The notes below the pieces were generated by a model. The model saw only the letters and a program-made list of their open reading frames with translations. It was not told the origin of the DNA and made no database searches. Below, in pieces: positions 7,905 through 17,623 of a stretch of DNA of 64,000 nt. The number at the start of each line of letters is the position of its first letter. Position 1 is the stretch's first letter. The stretch is from Erysipelotrichaceae bacterium (GTDB taxonomy: Bacteria > Bacillota_I > Bacilli_A > RFN20 > CAG-826): contig SVBB01000001.1 in NCBI GenBank assembly GCA_015059105.1, forward strand, positions 75,936 to 139,935, read 5' to 3'. The translations under genes were made by a program, and so were the position numbers.

Positions 7905-8914
7905 TGAAGAACTTAATCATTCCAAAACAATATTATAGCCGTCTCGATTTATTAGAAACCCAAGTGGCGATCAAATTCGTCAAAGATACATTCCAAGTTG
8001 AACTATCAAAAGCGCTTGACCTTCAACGTGTCTCTGCCCCTTTATTTGTCACACCCGAAAGTGGACTTAACGATGGTTTGAACGGATATGAAAGACCGGT
8101 TTCTTTCGATGTCTCTTCTCTTCATAAAGATGTGGAAATCGTGCAGTCCTTAGCGAAATGGAAAAGAAATGCCTTAGGTAAATACCATATCGAAGAGAAC
8201 AAGGGTATTTATACCGATATGAATGCGATTAGAAGAGATGAAGAACTCGACACCATTCATTCGATATATGTCGACCAATGGGACTGGGAAAAAGTCATCA
8301 CCCGTAAGCAGAGAAACAAAGAATATCTCCACAACGTGGTGAGCAATATCTATCGCGTATTTAAATACACTGCAGAAAAAACCAAAGAAAAATTCCCAAA
8401 ATTAAAAGGTTTATATCTTCCTGATGAAATCACTTTTGTGACTACTTCAGAGTTAGAAGCAAAATATCCAGATTTAGATGGACACGATCGCGAAAATGCA
8501 TTCGCGAAAGAATATAAAGCGATATTTGTTGAAGAAATTGGTTGGCCACTTAATAACGGCAAACCACATGATGGTAGAGCTTCTGACTACGATGATTGGA
8601 AACTTAATGGTGACCTCCTCATCTGGGATGAAGTATTAGGCATTGCTTTAGAGATATCTTCTATGGGCATTAGAGTAGACTCTAAATCACTGAAAGCTCA
8701 AATGGAATTCAAAGCAGAAGAAGGAAAGATATTATCCCCATATCATAAAGCGATTCTTAATGATGCTTTACCGCTTTCTATCGGTGGTGGTATCGGTCAA
8801 TCTCGACTCTGTATGCTCATCTTAGAAAAAGCTCATATTGGAGAAGTCCAAGCCAGCGTTTGGTCAGAAGATGATATTACAGTTTTAAAGAAAAATAACA
8901 TTATACTCTTATAA
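7904..8914 (+). CDS. asnA: Aspartate-ammonia ligase (asparagine synthetase A).
   Basis: Full-length similarity to AsnA (class II aaRS-like fold; the ..SAPLFV.. and ..QSRLCMLIL.. regions). Confidence 0.8.
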   Translation: MKNLIIPKQYYSRLDLLETQVAIKFVKDTFQVELSKALDLQRVSAPLFVTPESGLNDGLNGYERPVSFDVSSLHKDVEIVQSLAKWKRNALGKYHIEENKGIYTDMNAIRRDEELDTIHSIYVDQWDWEKVITRKQRNKEYLHNVVSNIYRVFKYTAEKTKEKFPKLKGLYLPDEITFVTTSELEAKYPDLDGHDRENAFAKEYKAIFVEEIGWPLNNGKPHDGRASDYDDWKLNGDLLIWDEVLGIALEISSMGIRVDSKSLKAQMEFKAEEGKILSPYHKAILNDALPLSIGGGIGQSRLCMLILEKAHIGEVQASVWSEDDITVLKKNNIILL

Positions 8915-8976
8915 GCACATTTTTATTTTCATATTTATAAAATAAAAGTTAAGATATTTAGTAAGGAGAACAATTT

Positions 8977-9486
8977 ATGTCAAGTGTGATCGTTTATTTC
9001 TCACATAGAGGAGAAAACCTCATCAATGGTAAACCATTATTTTTACAAAAAGGTAACACTCAAATTTTAGCGGAAAAAATCCACGCTTTAACTGGCGCCC
9101 CAATGTTTGAAATCAGACCTCAAGAAGAATACAGTGAGGTTTATAAATATTGCAATGAAAGAGCGAAACAAGAATATGAAACCAATGCTCTTCCAGAGAT
9201 TGCTGGCTTAGTGCCTAATTTTGAAAATTTCGATACTATCTATATCGGATTCCCAATTTGGTACCGCACTTATCCACGCATTATCAACACTTTCTTAGAG
9301 AAAGTGAAATTGAAAGGTAAAATTATCAAACCATTCTGTACAAATGATGAAGGTAGTTTTGGTACTGCCGAACTCGAATTAGGCAGTTATTTAAAAGCTG
9401 ATAATAAAATGAAAACTGGCCTTTCTGTCAATGGCTTCAAGCTCGATAGCTGTGATGAAGCGGTTGAAAAATGGGTCAATAAATAG
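8977..9486 (+). CDS. Flavodoxin-family protein.
   Basis: IVYFSHRGEN...TIYIGFPIWY flavodoxin-like motifs. RBS AAGGAGAA. Confidence 0.6.
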   Translation: MSSVIVYFSHRGENLINGKPLFLQKGNTQILAEKIHALTGAPMFEIRPQEEYSEVYKYCNERAKQEYETNALPEIAGLVPNFENFDTIYIGFPIWYRTYPRIINTFLEKVKLKGKIIKPFCTNDEGSFGTAELELGSYLKADNKMKTGLSVNGFKLDSCDEAVEKWVNK

Positions 9487-9498
9487 GAGGAAATATCT

Positions 9499-9873
9499 AT
9501 GGAATTCAAATTATTAAAATGTGAAGTCTGCGGCAAGATGGTCGCAGTTATCAAAGACACACCAGTCCCAACGATGTGTTGTGGCAAACCAATGGTGGTA
9601 GTAAACGCCAACACTGGTGATGGTGCTTTTGAAAAGCACGTTCCAGTCGTGGAAAGAAACGGCAATGAAGTATTAGTGAAAGTCGGTTCTGTCGATCACC
9701 CAATGCTTCCAGAACACTATATTCAATTCATCGTTTTAAGAACGAATAAAGGCAATCAAAGAAAAGCCTTAAACCCAGGTGAATTACCACACGCGAAATT
9801 CTATATCGGCGAAGATGAAGAAGTATTAGAAGTTCTCGAATACTGCAATCTCCACGGATTATATAAAGCCTAA
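9499..9873 (+). CDS. dfx: Desulfoferrodoxin (2Fe superoxide reductase).
   Basis: N-terminal desulforedoxin CEVCG...CCGKPM joined to a neelaredoxin-type C-terminal domain with His and Cys ligands. RBS AGGAGG. Confidence 0.85.
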   Translation: MEFKLLKCEVCGKMVAVIKDTPVPTMCCGKPMVVVNANTGDGAFEKHVPVVERNGNEVLVKVGSVDHPMLPEHYIQFIVLRTNKGNQRKALNPGELPHAKFYIGEDEEVLEVLEYCNLHGLYKA

Positions 9874-9884
9874 GAGGTAGCTCT

Positions 9885-10328
9885 ATGCCTAAGTGCCGTA
9901 ATTGTGGTGCTAGATTATCTAAATTCGATAAAGATGTTTGCCCTGTCTGCGGAACGAAAAACCCTTTAGAAGGTGTGACTAGCGAGACAGTTGAGATTAC
10001 ATCTCAATTAAACATCGATAGCGAAGAATTCGAAACATATAAGCCATGTACAAAGGCTAATGCTTTTGCTTTATTTGCAAGCATTGGTTTTACGGGTGCT
10101 GGTTTATTCTATTTAAATTATTTCCATCTCGCGATTATTTGGGCCTTTATCAATATCGGTGTATTAATCGGTGGAATTGGTTCCTTATTAGCCTTCCTCA
10201 CTAATGTTGGAATATTATGGGGATACCTCATCATGGTGATCGCTAGTTATGTGATCAACATCATCATCGGTATCATCGTTTATTTAAAACCGAATATGAA
10301 AGATGGAAGAGGAGAATTTCTCCATTAA
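9885..10328 (+). CDS. Zinc-ribbon (CxxC-x15-CxxC) N-terminal domain fused to a TM membrane domain; uncharacterised.
   Basis: MPKCRNCGARLSKFDKDVCPVCG, followed by 3-4 TM helices. Confidence 0.5.
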   Translation: MPKCRNCGARLSKFDKDVCPVCGTKNPLEGVTSETVEITSQLNIDSEEFETYKPCTKANAFALFASIGFTGAGLFYLNYFHLAIIWAFINIGVLIGGIGSLLAFLTNVGILWGYLIMVIASYVINIIIGIIVYLKPNMKDGRGEFLH

Positions 10329-11026
10329 TGCAACATTATTTCGCTTCCATTAATAGTGGAAATGTTCTTCTTTCTAGTAGCGATCAACATCACCTTCTCC
10401 ATGTCATGCGCATGAAAGTGGGGGATAGAATTATCGCTATTGATGAAAAGAAAGAACATTTAGCGGAAATAAAAAATATTTCACCTCTAATAATTGAGGT
10501 ATTAGAAACATTAGAAACAAATAACGAATTAAAAAGCAAAGTAACATTGTTATACTGCTTATCCAAAGGTGACAAAATCGAATTTGTCATTCAAAAAGCG
10601 ACGGAATTAGGAGTGAGTAGAATCGCTCTTGTTTCTAGCAAATACTGTATTACGAAGATTGATAATCAATCTTTTAATAAAAAATTACCTCGCTATTTAG
10701 CAATTGCAAAAGAAGCAAGCGAGCAATCGCATCGTCAAATCATTCCCGAAATAGTAGGGGTATATGATATCAATAAGATTCCTAGTGAATTATTATCTGA
10801 TATCAATTATGTCGCTTATGAGAAAAACGATGATAACCCAACTTTAGAAGTTAACGATAAATCCGTATCGATATTAATCGGTAGTGAAGGAGGGTTTGAT
10901 CCTCGTGAAATCGATAATTTAGAGAAAAAAGGATTTAAATCCATCTCTCTTGGTAAGCGCATATTAAGAACAGAAACAGCGGCAGTTTATGCCCTAAGCG
11001 TCATAGGATATTTATTAGAAAGATGA
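10328..11026 (+). CDS. rsmE: 16S rRNA (uracil1498-N3)-methyltransferase RsmE.
   Basis: RsmE family with the ILIGSEGGF motif. Synteny rsmE-mtaB as in Bacillus. Confidence 0.8.
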   Translation: MQHYFASINSGNVLLSSSDQHHLLHVMRMKVGDRIIAIDEKKEHLAEIKNISPLIIEVLETLETNNELKSKVTLLYCLSKGDKIEFVIQKATELGVSRIALVSSKYCITKIDNQSFNKKLPRYLAIAKEASEQSHRQIIPEIVGVYDINKIPSELLSDINYVAYEKNDDNPTLEVNDKSVSILIGSEGGFDPREIDNLEKKGFKSISLGKRILRTETAAVYALSVIGYLLER

Positions 11027-11793
11027 CTTTATACGAATTATTAATTGCTAAACAAAAGAAACGTCAACCATTCTCCAAAACAGCGGATTATGCTTATTTT
11101 GCAAAGAACCGTGGACATTTAGGCAAGTTCCCAAGATTTGCCTCTTTAGCTGATACTGGTGATGAATTCGATATCATCAGATTAAACATCATCCTTGCTG
11201 GCTATAAGAATAAAGTGCTCATGGAAGAAGAGATTCATAGCATCAACCATTATATTGAAGAAGGACAGAAAGTTGATCATATCAAGCTCATCAATACCAT
11301 CAAAGAAAAGATGATTGATGAACCATATTTGGTCGATGATAAAAACAAGATTTATATCCCGTTTTTCTCGCGTAGTTTGAACCAACTTTACGTTAGAGAA
11401 CCAGAGAAATTATTAGTGAAGCCTTATAGCGATTTGAAGGATAATTTCCAAGACAGTATTGTCGACCCATTTGATACCTATGGAGCCTCTTTATATGACT
11501 CTTTATATACGCGTTTACTTCGCGTTGGTAATAAGGGGGATGAAACGGCATTTTTCCATTATGATACCAACACGATTTATTTCGTGAATAAGCAAGGAAG
11601 AATGGATAACAAACTCGTCTTATTTGATAAATATATTAAAAATCCAAGTTACAACCATATGATTGAACGTATCAAAGGGATTGTCGAAGCATATTTTAAT
11701 AACGATCGAAGCGGTATGATCAACGCCTTATTCCAAAATGGTTTTATCTCTAACCGCATCCTCTCATTAATCAATAAGAATTCACGTAAATAA
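11023..11793 (+). CDS. Hypothetical protein (256 aa) with no recognisable motif, translationally coupled between rsmE and mtaB.
   Basis: Clean ORF with ATGA overlap upstream and start/stop overlap downstream. Codon usage matches its neighbours. Confidence 0.5.
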   Translation: MTLYELLIAKQKKRQPFSKTADYAYFAKNRGHLGKFPRFASLADTGDEFDIIRLNIILAGYKNKVLMEEEIHSINHYIEEGQKVDHIKLINTIKEKMIDEPYLVDDKNKIYIPFFSRSLNQLYVREPEKLLVKPYSDLKDNFQDSIVDPFDTYGASLYDSLYTRLLRVGNKGDETAFFHYDTNTIYFVNKQGRMDNKLVLFDKYIKNPSYNHMIERIKGIVEAYFNNDRSGMINALFQNGFISNRILSLINKNSRK

Positions 11794-13061
11794 TGAAATA
11801 TTTTGTCTTCACTCTTGGCTGCAAAGTCAATACATATGAATCAACTGCTATCGCCACAACCTTAGAAGAAAAAGGATATGTTTTTGATGAAAATAATCCT
11901 GATGTAGTGGTTATAAATACTTGCAGTGTGACGCATGTTGCCGATCAAAAATCCCGTCAACACATCCGTAAATTTAGAAAACTGTATCCTAATGCCGTTC
12001 TTGTTGTGATGGGTTGTTTTGCTCAAAGCAACAAAGATTACGCAGAGAAAGAATTAGATATCGATATCTTGCTTGGAACGAGTAAAAGACATCTCATTCC
12101 AATCTTTATTGAACAATTTTTAAAATCGAAAAATAGAATCGTGGCAGTAGAAGATGATCCGCGTACTTTTTTTGATTATGAAGAGCTCAATGTCACTTCT
12201 TGTAGTGAGAATATTCGTGCTTATTTAAAAGTGCAGGACGGATGCGATAATTTCTGCTCATATTGTTTAGTTCCATATATCAGAGGAAAATCCCGTTCAA
12301 GAAATATCTATGTCTGCATCGAAGAAGCCAAGCAACTCGTGAAGAAAGGCTATAAAGAAATAGTGGTCTCAGGAATCCATGTTGGCTACTACGGAAAAGA
12401 TAATGGTTCTTCCTTCTCTTCCTTAATATCTGCTTTAAGCGATGTAAAAGACTTATATAGGTTAAGAATATCATCGGTAGAACTCAGTGAAATTGATGAT
12501 GAATTCCTCTCCTTATTAAAGAATAAAAATAATATTGCTAAACACCTTCATCTCCCCCTTCAATCAGGGAGCAACAATATCTTAAAAAAGATGGGTCGAC
12601 ATTATTCGCGTGAGCAGTTTATTAAACGCGTGAACGAAATCAAAGAAGTGATTCCTGATATCGCTTTAACTACCGATGTTATCGTCGGCTTTCCAGGAGA
12701 AAGTGAAGCAGATTTCTTAGATACATATAATCTTCTTAAAGAGCTTGGTTTTTATCGGCTCCATGTCTTCCCATATTCAGTTAGAAAAGGCACGAAAGCA
12801 GCCTCTCTCCCAGATCAAATCACACCAGACGTTAAAGCGGAACGTGTGAAAAGACTATTAGATTTATCTAAAGAACTACAAAACGAATATGAAAAACGCT
12901 TTATCGGTACCTCTTTAGATGTCTTGTTTGAGAAATATGATGGGCAGTTTAATATCGGCCATACCTCAAATTATATTGAAGTGCGTCAAAAAAACGACGT
13001 TCCCGAGATTGGAAATGTAAAAAATATCTTGATTGAGTCTAGTAATATCGTAAAAAATTAG
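11793..13061 (+). CDS. mtaB: tRNA methylthiotransferase (MiaB-like, MtaB/YqeV type), radical SAM.
   Basis: UPF0004 N-terminal domain and the radical-SAM CDNFCSYC motif. Confidence 0.8.
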   Translation: MKYFVFTLGCKVNTYESTAIATTLEEKGYVFDENNPDVVVINTCSVTHVADQKSRQHIRKFRKLYPNAVLVVMGCFAQSNKDYAEKELDIDILLGTSKRHLIPIFIEQFLKSKNRIVAVEDDPRTFFDYEELNVTSCSENIRAYLKVQDGCDNFCSYCLVPYIRGKSRSRNIYVCIEEAKQLVKKGYKEIVVSGIHVGYYGKDNGSSFSSLISALSDVKDLYRLRISSVELSEIDDEFLSLLKNKNNIAKHLHLPLQSGSNNILKKMGRHYSREQFIKRVNEIKEVIPDIALTTDVIVGFPGESEADFLDTYNLLKELGFYRLHVFPYSVRKGTKAASLPDQITPDVKAERVKRLLDLSKELQNEYEKRFIGTSLDVLFEKYDGQFNIGHTSNYIEVRQKNDVPEIGNVKNILIESSNIVKN

Positions 13062-13136
13062 ATTATGTCTTAATTAGTATTGACGAAAACTATGTTTTAC
13101 TAATATAATAATCAACGTTAACGGAGGAAAATACTT

Positions 13137-13394
13137 ATGGCAGTCCCACAAAGAAGAATATCAAAAACTCGTAAGAGACTTAGAAGAACACATTTCAAAC
13201 TCGCAGTGGAAGGTTTAGTGACTTGTCCAAACTGTGGTGAACTCATCAAGGCTCACCATGTCTGTCCAAAATGTGGCTATTACGCCGGTAAAGTCAGCTA
13301 CTTAAACGGCAAAGTCGTCACTAAGACTGAAGTCAAAAAAGAAGAAAACGCGGGTAAGAAATCATCCCGTAAGGCTAAAAAAGAAGCCAAATAA
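13137..13394 (+). CDS. rpmF: Ribosomal protein L32 with a C-terminal zinc ribbon and Lys-rich extension.
   Basis: [19 protein letters not shown]... The CPNCG...CPKCG motif is present. Confidence 0.8.
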   Translation: MAVPQRRISKTRKRLRRTHFKLAVEGLVTCPNCGELIKAHHVCPKCGYYAGKVSYLNGKVVTKTEVKKEENAGKKSSRKAKKEAK

Positions 13395-13429
13395 TGAAAT
13401 TAACTAGATAGTGGAAAGGTGGTGAAAGT

Positions 13430-13606
13430 ATGCCAAAGATCACAGTTAGAGAAAACGAAACTTTAGATGATGCTTTACGTAGATTTAAACGTCAAGTGAA
13501 CAAAGCTGGCACCATCCAAGAAGCTCGTCGTAGAGAGTTCTACCTCAAAAAAGGTTTAAAGAGAAAAGTTAAATCTGAGAACGCTCGTCGTAAGAACAGA
13601 AAATAA
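13430..13606 (+). CDS. rpsU: Ribosomal protein S21 (58 aa; absent from the supplied ORF track).
   Basis: [70 protein letters not shown]. Confidence 0.85.
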   Translation: MPKITVRENETLDDALRRFKRQVNKAGTIQEARRREFYLKKGLKRKVKSENARRKNRK

Positions 13607-13614
13607 TGAAAACA

Positions 13615-13638
13615 AGGAATCGAAAGGTTCCTTTTTTA
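13615..13638 (+). terminator. Short hairpin plus T-run after rpsU.
   Basis: AGGAA-tcgaaagg-TTCCT followed by TTTTTT. Confidence 0.4.
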
Positions 13639-13987
13639 TGTTTTAATTTGATCAATAATATCTTTATGTGGGTAGCTCATATTTACGTTGACATATTATA
13701 TCACATTTGATTTAATACAAATGCAATCGGTACGCGTTAGCCCTATATGGGTTCATCGATTGCTTTTTTTCTATATTTTTTACTAAAAGATTTGCTATAT
13801 TGCGGTTTTCTTTTCGACACAGTTTCAATGATTTGCAGATCATCAGGATGAATAGACATGTTTGAGATTTTACCACCTATATCTTTTCTTTTGCAGAGCA
13901 TAGGGCGATTGCGTATGTAAGAATTGATAATAGTGCTACTAGTTGGATGTGATAACAGTGTAATGTATCTAACACCTAATTTATAAA

Positions 13988-14018
13988 AACAGTACCGATT
14001 AAATCGATACTGTAATAA
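13988..14018 (-). terminator. Terminator after tRNA-fMet on the minus strand.
   Basis: The minus-strand RNA folds as CAGUAUCGAU-uua-AUCGGUACUG followed by UUUUU. Confidence 0.5.
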
Positions 14019-14021
14019 TCT

Positions 14022-14097
14022 TGGTTGCGGAGGATGGATTTGAACACACCGACCTTCAGGTTATGGGCCTGACGAGCTACCACTGCTCTACTCCGCG
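14022..14097 (-). tRNA. Initiator tRNA-fMet (CAU) with a C1:A72 mismatch. The anticodon loop is CCCATAA, so position 33 is C.
   Basis: Near-identical to Bacillus tRNA-fMet (GCTCGTC.GG.C.CATAACC.GAAGGTC...TTCAAATCC...CCGCAACCA). The acceptor 1:72 pair is unpaired C-A. Confidence 0.85.
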
Positions 14098-14154
14098 ATG
14101 CGATTAATATATTAATATTACACATTCTTTTAGTCAAGTATTAAAATAATAAAG

Positions 14155-14769
14155 ATGAATACTTTTATTTTTGATATTGGAAATGTCCTATTAGATTATT
14201 CCCCCATTAAAATGGTGAGAAGAGTGATCAAAGATCATCCTGATGCAGAGTATCTCGCGGATACATTATTCTCCCGTTATTATTGGGCAAGACTTGATTT
14301 AGATGAAATCACGATTGAAGATGAGAAGAAAGATTTAAAAAATGTTGTCCCTCCTCATCTATATGAACTTGCCTGTCATATTTTAGATAAATGGTTAGAA
14401 GAAATAACACCAATTGAAGGAATAGAAGAAGTGCTTTCTTATTTAAAAAATAAAGGTTACAAATTATATTATTTGAGCAATATTTGTTCGCAGTTTATTA
14501 ATGAAGGATATGATTATCCTCATATCAAGAAGTTATTAAATTATTTTGATGGAGGAGTAATAAGTGGTCCTCTTCATATCGTTAAGCCAGATGAAGAAAT
14601 ATATGACCATTTATTCGCTAAATACGATATCAATCCAAATGATGCCTTATATATCGATGATAACGAGAATAATATCAAAGCCGGCAAAGTAGTGGGCTTA
14701 AACACTTACTTATTCGATGGTGATGCTTATAAACTGAAAGAATATATTATTAATAATATAGAACAATAA
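14155..14769 (+). CDS. HAD-superfamily hydrolase.
   Basis: Motif I FIFDIGNVL (DxG variant), HAD fold, and motif IV DD near the C-terminus. Confidence 0.6.
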   Translation: MNTFIFDIGNVLLDYSPIKMVRRVIKDHPDAEYLADTLFSRYYWARLDLDEITIEDEKKDLKNVVPPHLYELACHILDKWLEEITPIEGIEEVLSYLKNKGYKLYYLSNICSQFINEGYDYPHIKKLLNYFDGGVISGPLHIVKPDEEIYDHLFAKYDINPNDALYIDDNENNIKAGKVVGLNTYLFDGDAYKLKEYIINNIEQ

Positions 14770-14773
14770 AAAA

Positions 14774-14800
14774 GACACAACTTCAGTTGTGTCATATTTT
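14774..14800 (+). terminator. Terminator after the HAD gene.
   Basis: GACACAAC-ttca-GTTGTGTC followed by ATATTTT. Confidence 0.55.
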
Positions 14801-14811
14801 ATGATATTTGG

Positions 14812-14884
14812 TGGCCCAAGCAGGAATTGAACCAGCGACACAGGGATTTTCAGTCCCTTGCTCTACCAACTGAGCTATCGGGCC
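14812..14884 (-). tRNA. tRNA-Phe (GAA).
   Basis: Anticodon stem AGGGA/TCCCT with loop CTGAAAA. Encoded CCA. Confidence 0.85.
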
Positions 14885-14898
14885 ATTAGCAACTTTTT

Positions 14899-14974
14899 TG
14901 GCGGACCAGACGGGAATCGAACCCGCGATCTTCTCCGTGACAGGGAGACATGTTAACCGCTACACCACTGGTCC
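14899..14974 (-). tRNA. tRNA-Asp (GUC).
   Basis: Anticodon stem TCTCC/GGAGA with loop CTGTCAC. Encoded CCA. Confidence 0.85.
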
Positions 14975-15043
14975 AGTTGCCTATATATTATCTTAAATAC
15001 TCGAGAATAAATCAAGTAAAGATTAACAAATATTTACCAAACT

Positions 15044-15583
15044 TTAGTAATTCTGCGCCCTGAGTTCAAAATAACTCTTTGCGTGATGGCAGCATGGGCA
15101 TTCTTCAGGGGCTTCTTTGCCGATATGAATATGTCCACAGTTGCGGCATTTCCAGACGACGACATCATCAGCGATGAAGACTTTACCGCCTTTAACATTT
15201 TCAAGTAATTTGAGATATCTCTTCTCGTGTTCTTTTTCAATGGCACCGACTAAACGGAATTGTTCTGCGAGTTCATGGAAACCTTCTTCATCAGCGACTT
15301 TTGCAAATTCCGCATACATTTCTGTCCATTCGTAGTTTTCACCATTAGCAGCATCTTGAAGGTTGACTTCAGTAGTGGGGACTTTACCACCATGAAGAGC
15401 TTTAAACCAAAGTTCAGCGTGTTCTTTTTCATTTCCCGCTGTTTCTTCAAAGATCGCCGCGATTTGTTCATAGCCTTCTTTTTTCGCTTTGCTCGCGTAA
15501 TATGTGTATTTATTACGTGCTTGTGATTCACCCGCAAAAGCGGTTTGTAAATTCTTTTCTGTTTTACTTCCTTTTAGTTCCAT
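15044..15583 (-). CDS. rbr: Rubrerythrin (diiron ferritin-like domain plus C-terminal rubredoxin-like CxxC...CxxC).
   Basis: [10 protein letters not shown]...EKEH diiron motifs. C-terminus [10 protein letters not shown]...CPCC. Confidence 0.85.
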   Translation of the reverse strand: MELKGSKTEKNLQTAFAGESQARNKYTYYASKAKKEGYEQIAAIFEETAGNEKEHAELWFKALHGGKVPTTEVNLQDAANGENYEWTEMYAEFAKVADEEGFHELAEQFRLVGAIEKEHEKRYLKLLENVKGGKVFIADDVVVWKCRNCGHIHIGKEAPEECPCCHHAKSYFELRAQNY

Positions 15584-15655
15584 TTGTTTTTACCTCTAGT
15601 TGACATTTTACCCTAAAAGGTAAACAAAGGTGAATAATTTTCTTTTAAAGATGGA

Positions 15656-15674
15656 ATAGAATATAGTATTCTAT
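15656..15674. promoter_or_regulatory. 8-3-8 inverted repeat ATAGAATA-TAG-TATTCTAT overlapping a TATAAT -10, upstream of the GT4 gene.
   Basis: Read directly from the sequence. Confidence 0.25.
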
Positions 15675-15686
15675 AATAGAACGAGT

Positions 15687-16826
15687 ATGAAAGTTGTATT
15701 AGTAGTAGATTATTTTGGCAACACCACAAACGGGACGACGATGACCGCACGTCATCTTTATAAGCAGCTCGAGGCTTGTGGACACGAAGTAGCAGTTATC
15801 ACTGGCGTTGGTAATGGTTGGCCCAATGTTTATGAGACGGGTGTAGCGAGAATTTGTTCTATCCCAATCGCGAGATTCTTCTTTAAAAATAATGGCTTTT
15901 ACTTTGGTAAAGTTGATATGAAAATCATTGCGGAAGCATTAAAAGGTGCGGATTTAGTGCACTTTTTAGCGGATTTCCCTCTCGAAAGAGCGGTGAAGAA
16001 ATACTGCGATAAGCAAGGTATAAAAACTTTTGCAGCTTTTCATATTCAACCAGAAAACGCAACATATCAACTTCATTTAGGTTGGTCTAAATTTGTTAAT
16101 TGGTTAATCTATATCATCTATAGGAATGCGTTCTTCAATAAATTTGAACATATTCACTGTCCTAGTAAGATGATTGCTAACGAGCTTAAAAAGCATCATT
16201 ATACTGCCCAGCTACATGTCATCTCTAATGGTATTGGAAATACATTCCGTCAAATCTCAGTCACTCGTCCTGAGGAAGATAAAGATTATTTTATCGTCAC
16301 CATGGTGGGACGTATCACTCATGAAAAACGACAAGATTTAGTGGTGAAAGCCTGTGCGGCTAGTAAATACGCGGATAAGATTAAATTATTCCTCTTTGGT
16401 CGTGGAACGTGGAGCAAGAAGATCACTAAGATGGCCAAGAAGAAACTGAAGAATGAACCATTTATCGGTTTTGTCACCCATGATGAATTATTAAAGATTC
16501 TTAATTATAGCGATTTATATGTCCAAGCTTCTGATATTGAAATCGAAGCGATTTCCTGTATGGAAGCTTTTGCCTGTGGCACTGTCCCTGTCATCTCTGA
16601 TTCACCTTTAAGTGCAACAAGCCAATTCGCTTTATCTGAACACAGTGTTTTTAAACACGGTAATTACAAAGACTTAGCAAAACAAATCGATTATTGGTAT
16701 GAACATCCGGAAGAGAGAAAGAAACTCGAAAAGGAATATGCAGAATCTGCAAAAGACTATAATTTAGAGAAATGCAACAAACAATTAATCTCATTATTTG
16801 AAGATTATTATAATGGTAAGATTTGA
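15687..16826 (+). CDS. GT4-family glycosyltransferase (glycolipid synthase-like, e.g. the diacylglycerol glucosyltransferase type).
   Basis: GT-B fold with the EAISCMEAFACGTVPV (E-x7-E) region typical of GT4. Confidence 0.65.
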   Translation: MKVVLVVDYFGNTTNGTTMTARHLYKQLEACGHEVAVITGVGNGWPNVYETGVARICSIPIARFFFKNNGFYFGKVDMKIIAEALKGADLVHFLADFPLERAVKKYCDKQGIKTFAAFHIQPENATYQLHLGWSKFVNWLIYIIYRNAFFNKFEHIHCPSKMIANELKKHHYTAQLHVISNGIGNTFRQISVTRPEEDKDYFIVTMVGRITHEKRQDLVVKACAASKYADKIKLFLFGRGTWSKKITKMAKKKLKNEPFIGFVTHDELLKILNYSDLYVQASDIEIEAISCMEAFACGTVPVISDSPLSATSQFALSEHSVFKHGNYKDLAKQIDYWYEHPEERKKLEKEYAESAKDYNLEKCNKQLISLFEDYYNGKI

Positions 16827-17623
16827 TGAGCAAGAAGAAAACCGCCCCAATTAAGACGATTTATTATTCAGATTTGTTGAATGATGATTTTTCTCGTACG
16901 AATAACTTAGACGAGAAGAAGATTGATGAAAGATACAATTATTTTCGTTTGAACAATATCTTTGTTCGCTTATGGGCAAATTTCTTATATTACATCATTG
17001 CTAAACCGCTTGTGTGGTTAGTTTTAAAATTGTATTTTAGATACAAAGTAGTGAATAAAAAACTCATCAAAAGACGTGGCAAACACGGTTGCTTTATATA
17101 TGGTAACCACACTAACTATCTTCCTGATGCCGCATTTTCTTCAATGCTACACGCGAAAAGGAATTACGTCATCGTCGGTAGTCAAACTGTCAATATCCGT
17201 GGGATTGGTAAACTCGTGCAAGATTTAGGAGCAATTCCTTTAGGAAGCACAGTGGAAGCGAAGAAGAATTTCTTAGATTGCATTCACCGTAAACTCAAAG
17301 AGAATGCATCGATTACCATTTATCCTGAAGCCCATATTTGGCCTTACTATAACGGGGTGAGACCATTTAATAAAGCGAGCTTTAATTATCCATATGATTT
17401 AGAAATACCGGTCTATTCTTTAGCGACTTGCTATCAAAAAAGAAAACATGCGCTTAGACCGAGAATCATCTTCGTTTTAAATGGTCCTTTCTATGCTGAT
17501 AAAACTCTTGATAGAGGGGAAGGAATACAGAAATTAAGAGATCAAGTATACGATTCATTAGTATATGCGACTAACAAATATTCAACTTACGAATATTATC
17601 ATTACGAGAAAAAAGCAGATTAA
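16826..17623 (+). CDS. Lysophospholipid acyltransferase (PlsC/LPLAT superfamily)-like protein.
   Basis: N-terminal TM helix. GNHTNYLPD (HX4-5D-like) and the IYPEAH...G region. Confidence 0.5.
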   Translation: MSKKKTAPIKTIYYSDLLNDDFSRTNNLDEKKIDERYNYFRLNNIFVRLWANFLYYIIAKPLVWLVLKLYFRYKVVNKKLIKRRGKHGCFIYGNHTNYLPDAAFSSMLHAKRNYVIVGSQTVNIRGIGKLVQDLGAIPLGSTVEAKKNFLDCIHRKLKENASITIYPEAHIWPYYNGVRPFNKASFNYPYDLEIPVYSLATCYQKRKHALRPRIIFVLNGPFYADKTLDRGEGIQKLRDQVYDSLVYATNKYSTYEYYHYEKKAD

